DNA of 64,000 bases from Candidatus Deferrimicrobiaceae bacterium (lineage in GTDB: Bacteria; Methylomirabilota; Methylomirabilia; Rokubacteriales; CSP1-6): contig DATHSW010000003.1 in NCBI GenBank assembly GCA_035463855.1, positions 1,892-65,891 on the forward strand, read 5' to 3'. Each line of letters begins with the position of its first letter. Positions within the stretch are counted from its first letter, which is position 1. The position numbers were made by a program, and so were the translations under genes. The notes beneath the pieces were generated by a model that worked only from the letters and a program-made list of their open reading frames with translations, made no database searches and had not been told where the DNA came from. Shown here piece by piece: positions 35,870-43,676 of this stretch.

Positions 35870-36670
35870 CTAGAAGATGGCGTAGCCGCCGTCGATGACG
35901 AACGTGTCGCCGGTGTGATAGCTGCTGGCGTCGCTGGCCAGGTAGACCGCGATGCCGCCGAAGTCGTCGCCGGTGCCCCAGCGCCGGACCGGTACGCGCG
36001 GGAGCACGCGCGTCCTGAAGGCCTCGCCGTGGACCGCCTTCTCGGTCATCGGGGTGTCGATCCAGCCCGGCACGATGGCGTTGACGCGGATCTTGTGCCG
36101 CGCGAGGCCGACCGAGAGCGCGCGCATCACCGAGAGCATCGCGCCCTTGCTGGCCGCGTAGTGGGCGCTGAGCGGCGAGCCTTCCAGCGCGGCCAGGCTC
36201 GCGGTGACCGCCAGCGAGCCGCCGGCCCCGCGCGCGGTCATGTGGCGCGCGGCCGCGCGCAGGGTGAAGAAGGCGCCGTCCAGGTTGACCGCGAGCACCC
36301 GGTGCCACTCCTCGGTCGTCATCTCCGCGAAGCTCGCGGCGCCGCCGCGGCCGGAGACCCCCGCGTTGACGAAGCAGGCGTCCACCCCGCCCAGGGTGGA
36401 CGCGGTCTCCGCGAACGCGCGCTCCACCGCCGCCTCGTCGCTCACGTCGCAGCGGAGCGCCAGGGCCTTCGCTCCGATCGCGTGCAGGCGCGCGAGCGCG
36501 TGCGTGTTCTTGTCCTCGTTGGTGCCCCAGATGCAGACCGCGGCGCCCGCGTGAGCCATCGCCTCCGCCATGCCGAGGCCGATGCCGCTGTTGCCACCGG
36601 TGACGATGGCGGTCTTGCCGGTGAGATCGAAGGCCTGGTACGCCATGTCTAGAGAGCCTTTCATCTTCAT
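35870..36670 (-). CDS. SDR family oxidoreductase
   Basis: VTGGNSGIGLG, NAG and YAASKGA motifs; alternative start ATG 36646. Confidence 0.9.
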   Translation of the reverse strand: MKMKGSLDMAYQAFDLTGKTAIVTGGNSGIGLGMAEAMAHAGAAVCIWGTNEDKNTHALARLHAIGAKALALRCDVSDEAAVERAFAETASTLGGVDACFVNAGVSGRGGAASFAEMTTEEWHRVLAVNLDGAFFTLRAAARHMTARGAGGSLAVTASLAALEGSPLSAHYAASKGAMLSVMRALSVGLARHKIRVNAIVPGWIDTPMTEKAVHGEAFRTRVLPRVPVRRWGTGDDFGGIAVYLASDASSYHTGDTFVIDGGYAIF

Positions 36671-36672
36671 AT

Positions 36673-36710
36673 CCCTCTCCCCTCAGGGGAGAGGGCGGGG
36701 TGAGGGGTGG
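36673..36710. repeat. G/C-rich palindromic REP-like element (intergenic)
   Basis: CCCTCTCCCC-TCA-GGGGAGAGGG followed by CGGGGTGAGGGGTGGG; same family as 24818-24858 in the opposite orientation. Confidence 0.6.
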
Positions 36711-36725
36711 GTTGACCGAGCGCGC

Positions 36726-38273
36726 TCACGGTCGCATGCGATGGGTGGACGGGCCCGGCTCGCGCAGCGGCGCGGCCAGCTCGGCGAATTCGCAGAGCAG
36801 CGGGCGGGTGGCGCGCGGGTCGATGATCTCCTCGATCCAGAAGGCCTCCGCCGAGCGGAACGGCGAGCGCAGCTTCTGCAGCCGCTGCTCGATCTCGACC
36901 ATCTTGGCGGCCCGATCACTAGCCCCGTCGAGGTCGGCGCGGTACGCGGCCTCGATCCCGCCCTCGAGCGGCAGCGAGCCCCAGCGGCCGGACGGCCACG
37001 CGTAGCGCGGGCCGTAGCGCGCCCCGGGCTTGTGGGCCGCGCCCGCCACCCCGAAGACGTTGCGGATGATGACCGCGCACCACGGCATCGTGGACTGCCA
37101 GATCGCGGCCATCGCGCGTACGCCCTGCTTGATCGTGCCGGTCTGCTCGGCCTCGAGGCCGATCAGGAAGCCCGGGCAATCCACCAGGTGGACCACCGGC
37201 AGGTGGAAGGTCTGGGCGAGGTCCACGAAGCGCTCCACCTTCTGGCAGGTGTCGGCGGTCCAGGCGCCGCCGTAGTAGTACGGATCGCTGGCCAGGACCG
37301 CCACCGGCCAGCCGTCGAGCCGGGCCAGCCCGGTGATGATGGCGCAGCCGTAGAGCGGCTGGATCTCGAAGAAGGAGCCGCGGTCCACCACCGCCTCCAC
37401 GATCGCGCGCATCTTGTACGGCTTGCGGATGTCGCGCGGTACCGCGTCGGCGAGCCACTCCTCGCGGCGCTCCCGGTCGTCGGTCTGCGGGCCGCGCGGG
37501 GGCAGCTCGTAAATGGACGAGGGCAGATAGGAGAGGAAGCGCCGCGCCGCCGCGAAGGCTTCCTCCTCCGTGTCCACCGCCTGGTCCACCGCGCCCGCCT
37601 TGAGCTGGATCTTCCAACCGCCGAGCTCGTTCTTGGTGAGCTTCTGCCCGAGCCGCTCGACCACCGGCGGGCCCGCCACGAAGAGGGCGGACTTGTCCTT
37701 GACCATCACCGAGAAGTGCGCGGCCGCGAGATGCGCGGCGCCGAGGCCCGCCACCGAGCCCAGGCCCAGCGCCACCCGCGGCACCGTGCCGATGCTGTTG
37801 ACGACCCACTCCCAGCCCGCGACGCCCGGTACGTTGGCGCGCCCGGTGGTTTCGATGGTCTTCACCGAGCCGCCGCCGCCCGAGCCCTCGACGATGCGGA
37901 TCAGCGGCAGCCGCAGCTCGTTGGCCATCTGCTCGCACTGGTTGTGCTTGCCCTTGATGGTCGCGTCGGCCGAGCCCCCGCGCACCGTGAAGTCGTCGCC
38001 GCCGATCACCACCGACCGGCCGTCGATGCGGGCTCGGCCGAAGACGAAGTTCGACGGCATCAGCTCCTTGAGATCGTTCTTGGCGTCGTAGGAGGCCTTC
38101 CCCGCGATCTTGCCGATCTCGTGAAAGCTCTGCGGGTCCGCCAGCCGGTCGATGCGCTCGCGGATCGTGTAGCGCCCGCCGTCGTGCTGCCGCTTGACCC
38201 GCTCCGGACCGCCCAGGCGCTCCGCGAACTCCTCGCGCCGCTTCAGCTCGTCCATCTCGGACTTCCAGTTCAT
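36726..38273 (-). CDS. Acyl-CoA carboxylase carboxyltransferase (beta) subunit
   Basis: 515 aa; ...RERIDRLADPQSFHE...GGSADATIKGKH...GGGGSV... typical of the propionyl/methylcrotonyl-CoA carboxyltransferase family. Confidence 0.9.
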   Translation of the reverse strand: MNWKSEMDELKRREEFAERLGGPERVKRQHDGGRYTIRERIDRLADPQSFHEIGKIAGKASYDAKNDLKELMPSNFVFGRARIDGRSVVIGGDDFTVRGGSADATIKGKHNQCEQMANELRLPLIRIVEGSGGGGSVKTIETTGRANVPGVAGWEWVVNSIGTVPRVALGLGSVAGLGAAHLAAAHFSVMVKDKSALFVAGPPVVERLGQKLTKNELGGWKIQLKAGAVDQAVDTEEEAFAAARRFLSYLPSSIYELPPRGPQTDDRERREEWLADAVPRDIRKPYKMRAIVEAVVDRGSFFEIQPLYGCAIITGLARLDGWPVAVLASDPYYYGGAWTADTCQKVERFVDLAQTFHLPVVHLVDCPGFLIGLEAEQTGTIKQGVRAMAAIWQSTMPWCAVIIRNVFGVAGAAHKPGARYGPRYAWPSGRWGSLPLEGGIEAAYRADLDGASDRAAKMVEIEQRLQKLRSPFRSAEAFWIEEIIDPRATRPLLCEFAELAAPLREPGPSTHRMRP

Positions 38274-38326
38274 GGGGAAGAGACCTCCGCGGGGGATGGT
38301 AGCAGGGAGCGCGCGGGATGCCTAGG

Positions 38327-38707
38327 CTACGTCTGGGCCGAGCGGGCGGCGTCGATCACGAGCGAGATGCGGTTACACGCGCCGTCCCGCCGGTACTCGA
38401 CCTGCCGGGCCATGGCGGAGACGAGGAGCACGCCGAGCCCGCCCACCGGCCGGTCCTCGACGTCCGCGCCCGGGTCGGGGCTCGCCATCGCCGCGAAGGG
38501 GTCGTGCGGCGGGCCGGTGTCCTCGTAGACCAGCGCGATGCGCCCGGCCTCCACCTCACAGTCGAGCCGCACCGGGGCGTCGCTGTCGGCGCCGTGGCCG
38601 TGCACCACCGTGTTGGTGAAGAGCTCCTCCACCAGGAGCGTGACCCGCAGGCACGCCTCGCGGGTGAGCCCGGCGCCCGCGCACACCTCGGCGAGGAAGG
38701 CCTCCAC
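38327..38707 (-). CDS. RsbW-like anti-sigma regulatory factor (HATPase_c_2 serine kinase)
   Basis: VEELFTNTVVHG (N-box) and DRPVGGLGVLLV (G-box). Start is uncertain: GTG 38707, but coding-like sequence continues upstream to the TAG at 38783-38785 with no canonical start codon. Confidence 0.7.
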   Translation of the reverse strand: MEAFLAEVCAGAGLTREACLRVTLLVEELFTNTVVHGHGADSDAPVRLDCEVEAGRIALVYEDTGPPHDPFAAMASPDPGADVEDRPVGGLGVLLVSAMARQVEYRRDGACNRISLVIDAARSAQT

Positions 38708-38782
38708 CTGCGGGAGGACGTCGCGGCGGGCGGGGAACGTTTGGCGGTGGCGGCCGGCGCTGATCGCCTCGGTCCCCCGGCG

Positions 38783-39280
38783 CTATCCCGCGAACGCTCG
38801 CTTCAGCGTATCGATGTCGATCTTTTTCATCTGCAGCATTGCCTCCATGGCTCGCTGGGATCTCCCCGGATCGGGGTCACTCATCATCTCGACCAGGACC
38901 CTCGGCACGATCTGCCACGACACCCCATACCTGTCCTTGAGCCAGCCGCACTGCTGCGCCTTCTCGTCGCCGCCCTGGGCCAGCTTCGCCCAGTAGTAGT
39001 CCACTTCCTCCTGCGTTTCGCAATCCACCTGCATCGAGATGGCCTCGTTGAACGTGAATATCGGCCCGCCGTTGAGCGCGGTGAACGCCTGCCCATCCAG
39101 CTCGAACGCCACGGTCATCACCGTTCCCGCCGGTTTCCCGTGGACCTCGCGTCCGGCCTCTCCGTACCGGGCAACGGTCACGATTCGCGAGTTCCTGAAG
39201 ATGCCCGTATAGAACTCGACCGCCTCTTCCGCCTGATCGTCGAACCACAAGCACGGGGTGATCCTTTGCCGGCCTCGCAT
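38783..39280 (-). CDS. VOC/glyoxalase-fold protein (PhnB / 3-demethylubiquinone methyltransferase-like domain)
   Basis: ITPCLWFDDQAEEAVEFYTGIF...FTALNGGP...CGWLKDRYGVSWQIVP; an alternative longer start lies at 39328. Confidence 0.85.
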   Translation of the reverse strand: MRGRQRITPCLWFDDQAEEAVEFYTGIFRNSRIVTVARYGEAGREVHGKPAGTVMTVAFELDGQAFTALNGGPIFTFNEAISMQVDCETQEEVDYYWAKLAQGGDEKAQQCGWLKDRYGVSWQIVPRVLVEMMSDPDPGRSQRAMEAMLQMKKIDIDTLKRAFAG

Positions 39281-39465
39281 GGCCTCCCCCTGGTCGGACC
39301 TGGTCTGGTCACGGGTGGACATCCCCATGACTACCAGCTAGTCGTCTGCCGCCGCCCTGGATCGACAAGTCCAGCCACGGGGCCAAGCCGCGACAGAGCG
39401 CCCTCACGAAGCCCAAGGACTCCTCGAACCCACGAAGCTCGTCCCTTTGCCTCTGGAGCAGCAGA

Positions 39466-40284
39466 CTAGCGGCATGGCGACACAACTCCCTGAACGGCCC
39501 ATGCCCGAGCGGTCAGCTCGATCGGCCCGTCTGGCGTCGATGCCAGACGCGACATGAGGCACAGCCGGATTCGTTCGCGTACGTCCCCATCCACCGACGC
39601 CAGATAGGTCGGGGCAGCGCCGGTCCTGCCAAGGAACGGCATCCAGTAGTCGTCGAAGTCCTTGAAAACCGTTGGAATCTCGATGGCGCGAACCGTCACG
39701 GACCTGAGCCCCATCCGCTCGAACAATGCCTGGAGCGGCCCGGGCTGGCAAAGAGGGAATCGTTCGGCCTGGTCGAGCTTCGCGTCATCGGGGCTCACTG
39801 CGACGGCTGCATCCCAGAAGTGCCGCATCATCTGCATTCCGCCGGCATAGTCCCAGACGTACGCCGCTACCGACCCGCCCGGCCTTGTCACCCTCGCCAT
39901 CTCTCGCACCATGGAATCGTGATCCCGCACGAAGTTGAGGACCAGGCCGGAGACCGTCACGTCGCAGACGGCCGACTCCCACGGCAAGTGAGTCGCGTCT
40001 CCGGTTTCAAAGCGGGCCCGCGGGTCGCTGATGCGCTCCCGCGCCCGGGACACGAAGCCCTCCGACGAGTCGATGCCGGTGACCGATGACGGCTCACCCA
40101 GCGTGAGGATCGCGGATGCCAATGCCCCCGTACCGCAGCCGACGTCCGCCCAGGCGAGGCCCGGACGAGGTGCGAGCCAGCGAAGGAACGCGGTCGCGAC
40201 CGTCCGGCTCCAACGCCCAACGTACTGCTCGTAGGCATCGCCAGAGTCCCAGGCCTCTGCCACGAAGACCGTCACGGCCACCAC
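39466..40284 (-). CDS. Class I SAM-dependent methyltransferase
   Basis: ADVGCGTGALA motif I and VTRPGGSVAAYVWD motif. Confidence 0.85.
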   Translation of the reverse strand: MVAVTVFVAEAWDSGDAYEQYVGRWSRTVATAFLRWLAPRPGLAWADVGCGTGALASAILTLGEPSSVTGIDSSEGFVSRARERISDPRARFETGDATHLPWESAVCDVTVSGLVLNFVRDHDSMVREMARVTRPGGSVAAYVWDYAGGMQMMRHFWDAAVAVSPDDAKLDQAERFPLCQPGPLQALFERMGLRSVTVRAIEIPTVFKDFDDYWMPFLGRTGAAPTYLASVDGDVRERIRLCLMSRLASTPDGPIELTARAWAVQGVVSPCR

Positions 40285-40565
40285 CGACGATGCGCTTCGA
40301 CGTCATCACCGAATCCAGCCCAGACCAGCACGTCGCGCCAGTCGATGTTTGCATGCTCGACGATGGAACGAAGCTCTCCGAGATCACCGCGGCTGAGCTT
40401 CAGCGCCGCGAAGCGAATACGCTCGGCGGACTCTGAAGTCGCTGATTCGCAGAACGGGAGATTCGCTCCACAGTCTTCCTCAAGAAGGCGGATCGCCGCC
40501 TCCTGTTCGTCCGAGGAGAACAACGCGCGGACTCGAGCCGTCGTCGGGTCACTCAATCTCAGCAT
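40272..40565 (-). CDS. Hypothetical protein (97 aa)
   Basis: ORF with plausible start ATG 40565; overlaps the methyltransferase start by 13 nt; no domain recognised. Confidence 0.4.
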   Translation of the reverse strand: MLRLSDPTTARVRALFSSDEQEAAIRLLEEDCGANLPFCESATSESAERIRFAALKLSRGDLGELRSIVEHANIDWRDVLVWAGFGDDVEAHRRWWP

Positions 40566-40732
40566 GCCAGTGTGCTTGCCAGCTAGACAGTATGACTTCC
40601 ACGAGGTGAGGCTGACCCCCAGCGCTCTTCGCGGGTTAGCCTGGAGGGGCCAGAGCCGCCTGGTGCGCAGGGCACCCAACGAACGTGAAGGTCAGCCATG
40701 GACGAGTGTAGCAAGACCCTGTATGTCGGGCT

Positions 40733-41055
40733 CGGTATCGGCAGTTGACCGCCCGCGGCAAGTACGTCAACCAGGTCGTCGTGGCGATCGCCCGCGAAAT
40801 GGCTGCCTTCGCCTGGGCCATCGCGCGTCTCGTCCCGCGGGCCGCCTGACGGGCGGGCCCACGAAGGAAGACGGAGTGCAGAGCCCGTGATCCCGACCTC
40901 GAGCCCTCGGCGGAGGCGCGGCCCCGGTATCGGCGCAATCTTCGATCGCGTTATGAGGCCACGACCCTCGTCCCTAGAGCGAAGTAGGCGCCGCGACGGA
41001 CACCTGTACGGTGGTAGCCAACCCTCGGATATCAGCATGATCAACCGTCGCCCCT
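40733..41055 (+). pseudogene. 3'-terminal remnant of an IS110-family transposase gene
   Basis: RYRQLTARGKYVNQVVVAIAREMAAFAWAIARLV resembles the conserved C-terminal IS110 segment. A second frame gives ...GGSQPSDISMINRR, a tail seen in IS110-type proteins. No N-terminal catalytic part is present. Confidence 0.5.
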
Positions 41056-41508
41056 TACAGGCCCCGTTTCTGCCGTGGCTGGAGCCACAACCCCCAATTG
41101 ACCCGCAGGAACATGAACAACACCCGCACTCCGACGGTCACCGTCGCTCTTGACGGTGGAAGTCATATCAACGCTCGCGCTCAGCGGCGCCGCGATGACG
41201 CCTACGAAGCACGTTGCGAGTTGAGCCACACACCAACGCAACGATCGCGACGGCGGTACAGGGCCTCCAGAGAACTTGGGAAGCGCAAATCCCACGATCG
41301 CGAACACGGGCGCAGAAATCCCGGGAAAAACGACAGTGAGATGAAAGGATCGTCATCAGGCACGACACTCAGCTCCGTGAGCAGCAGAAGACCGATCACC
41401 GTCACCGCCAGCACGATGGAGATCCTTGACAGGATTCGTGCTAGTTGCGCCGCGAGGCCGAACATGACCATTGCGTGACCACAGCGCCTACGCGCGCCCA
41501 GGCTATGC

Positions 41509-41880
41509 TCATTTACTGCGGCTCTCCATGTGAAAGCTGTGGAGGATGCGATGCGCGACCGGCGCGAGAATGACGCCAGCGACGAGGATAACAGCCAAGC
41601 CGCAGTAAAGCGCATACAAGCCCGCAAAGAGCTTGCCGCCAAAGGTGATCGGTGTATTCACGGGGCCCATTCCGCCCAAAAGCATTGACGCGTTTAGGAA
41701 TGCATCAATCCAGCTCAGACCCTCAAGGATGTGATAGCCGACCATACCGACGAACAAGGAAACGACAATGACTGCGACCGCGATGATCCCGCTGTGGGCC
41801 AGCCGAATAATGAACTGGTGCGGAGGAATTACGGGCTGAGCGCGATGCTCAAACTCTGGGAGTACCCTTTTCACGGTCAC
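41509..41880 (-). CDS. Two-TM ion-channel-like membrane protein (degenerate K+-channel pore)
   Basis: TM1 - LSWIDAFLNASMLLGGMGPVNTPITFGGKLFAGLYAL - TM2 mirrors the pore-helix/filter/inner-helix layout, with LGGMGP in place of TVGYGD. Confidence 0.45.
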   Translation of the reverse strand: MTVKRVLPEFEHRAQPVIPPHQFIIRLAHSGIIAVAVIVVSLFVGMVGYHILEGLSWIDAFLNASMLLGGMGPVNTPITFGGKLFAGLYALYCGLAVILVAGVILAPVAHRILHSFHMESRSK

Positions 41881-42273
41881 CTAACGCACCGGATCAGCGG
41901 CGGCGCGCAGCGCCGACCGCTGCATTCGGAAGTTAGAGGGCGCGGCGGACTCACTCATCGCAAAGACCACCGCGTTGGCTACCTGTGAGGCGATCGTCGC
42001 GCTCGTAGCTTTGGTATCAAGAATGCCGAACTTGCGGCTCAACGCGATGAGCGCGATGAGCACAACGGTCATGACCATGCCAAAGAGCGCTTGAAAGACT
42101 TCATGGTCTTGTTGTGCGAGAGCTAGGGCGACGACCACTGCGATTACGAGACTGAGAACAATCGCCACGACTTGCTCGAAGCGCTCGTACAGTGACATGA
42201 GCGGCCATTGCTGACGTGTTTCCGCCAAAAGCCTTCGGGAGACGCCGGACTTGGTTGCCATGTGTCGATCCAT
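41881..42273 (-). CDS. Small membrane protein (PsiE-like?)
   Basis: LYERFEQVVAIVLSLVIAVVVALALA plus a second hydrophobic segment; weak resemblance only. Confidence 0.4.
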   Translation of the reverse strand: MDRHMATKSGVSRRLLAETRQQWPLMSLYERFEQVVAIVLSLVIAVVVALALAQQDHEVFQALFGMVMTVVLIALIALSRKFGILDTKATSATIASQVANAVVFAMSESAAPSNFRMQRSALRAAADPVR

Positions 42274-42613
42274 TTCTGCTTGGCGCTCTAACTAGAACCA
42301 TCCAGGTCCAGATAACGCGGGATGGACCGGGGCCTGGTCAGGCTAATCCGGCTGGCCGGATTCACGGCGGGATCGGGGGAGCGGCCTTGTAAGAGGCGTG
42401 TTTGGCGCATGGTCCGGTGACGCCCCTCCGATGTTACACAGACCTGGATACTTTCGGGTAGAGGTGCTGATGCCGGCCGGCTCTCGCGGGTATTCAAGCG
42501 GGTGGGTGGCCGGGGGGCCTCTCCGCCGCCGAGTTCGCCGCTTTCCGCTATCATAGGGCGCCCTGGCGGGCTTCGGGCCGGGCGCTCTATCCTCCGCAGT
42601 CGAAGGAGCCGGT

Positions 42614-43063
42614 ATGCGCCGCATCGTTCTCTCGCTGGTCGTGGTGGTGGCCGCCCTCGCGCCGGCTCCGGCGCTCGCTCAGGAGGCCGGGCACGTCAAG
42701 GTGGCCAAGGGCGCGGTGCAGATCGAGCGCGCCGGGCAGAAGGTGCCGGCCACGGTCGGGGCGGCGGTGCAGGCCGGCGACGTGGTCACCACGGGCGCCG
42801 ACGGGTCGGTGGGCATCACCTTCCTCGACAACAGCCTGCTCTCCGCCGGTCCCAACAGCGTGCTCGCGATCGACCGCTTCGCGTTCGACTCGACCACGCA
42901 CCAGGGCTCGTTCGAGAGCTCGTTGAAGCAGGGCACGCTTGCGGTCGTCTCCGGCAAGCTCGCCAAGCAGTCGCCGGATGCGGTGAAGGTGAAGACGCCC
43001 GCCGCGGTGCTGGGCGTGCGTGGCACCGAGTTCCTGGTCCGCACCGGCGACGCCACGCGCTGA
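42614..43063 (+). CDS. FecR-domain periplasmic protein
   Basis: Signal peptide; GAAVQAGDVVTTGADGSVGITFLDNS...TPAAVLGVRGTEF typical of the FecR domain; GAAGGAG RBS. Confidence 0.85.
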   Translation: MRRIVLSLVVVVAALAPAPALAQEAGHVKVAKGAVQIERAGQKVPATVGAAVQAGDVVTTGADGSVGITFLDNSLLSAGPNSVLAIDRFAFDSTTHQGSFESSLKQGTLAVVSGKLAKQSPDAVKVKTPAAVLGVRGTEFLVRTGDATR

Positions 43064-43076
43064 CGGGCCGGCCGCG

Positions 43077-43676
43077 ATGGCAAGCCGGGCCGCGCTCGCG
43101 GCGCTCGCGCTCCTGCTCCTGGTGGGCTGCGCCAAGCCCATGCGCGACGATCTCTACGTGCTGATGCCGGACCAGGAGGGCAAGACCGGCGTGCTCGCGG
43201 TGGAGAGCGGCGGCCAGCAGGCCGTGCTCGACCGCCCCTACGCGTCCGCGCGCGTGGCGGAGCCCGGTCGCGTGCAGCCGGGCACGGTGTCCGAGCTGGA
43301 GGCCCGGCAGGCGTTCGGCGCGGCGCTCGGCGCCCAGCCGGCGCGGCCGGCCTCCTTCATCCTCTACTTCCTCGAGGGCCGGGACGAGCTGACGCCCGAC
43401 TCGCGGGCGGTGCTGACGCGCATCCTGGACGAGATCGCGCGGCGGCCTGCGCCGGAGATCGTCGTGATCGGGCACACCGACCGGGTGGGCGCCGTGCCCT
43501 TCAACGACGCGCTCTCGCTGCGGCGCGCCGAGCGGGTGCGCGACGAGCTGGTGAACGTGGGCATCGCGGCCGACCGCATCCGGGTGGCGGGGCGCGGGGA
43601 GCGGGAGCCGCTCGTGCCTACCGCCGACGAGGTGGCCGAGGCACGGAACCGACGGGTGGAGATCAACGTCCGGTAG
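43077..43676 (+). CDS. OmpA-family lipoprotein
   Basis: Lipobox LLLLVGC; C-terminal GHTDRVG...NDALSLRRAERVRDEL...NRRVEI OmpA_C motif. Confidence 0.85.
   Translation: MASRAALAALALLLLVGCAKPMRDDLYVLMPDQEGKTGVLAVESGGQQAVLDRPYASARVAEPGRVQPGTVSELEARQAFGAALGAQPARPASFILYFLEGRDELTPDSRAVLTRILDEIARRPAPEIVVIGHTDRVGAVPFNDALSLRRAERVRDELVNVGIAADRIRVAGRGEREPLVPTADEVAEARNRRVEINVR

Noticed and set aside
41202-41471. 89-aa membrane-like ORF plus overlapping frames (41041..41307, 41168..41368) as a frameshifted membrane protein gene
   Set aside because: There is no recognisable family. The frames overlap, and the region borders the IS110 remnant, so the evidence is too weak to call a gene or pseudogene.
42300-42449. 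9-bp inverted repeat ATCCAGGTC...GACCTGGAT with an internal AATCCGG-CTGG-CCGGATT hairpin, as a possible element terminus or ncRNA at the island/core junction
   Set aside because: The arms are short and the spacing is long. This is not distinguishable from chance without a genome-wide comparison.
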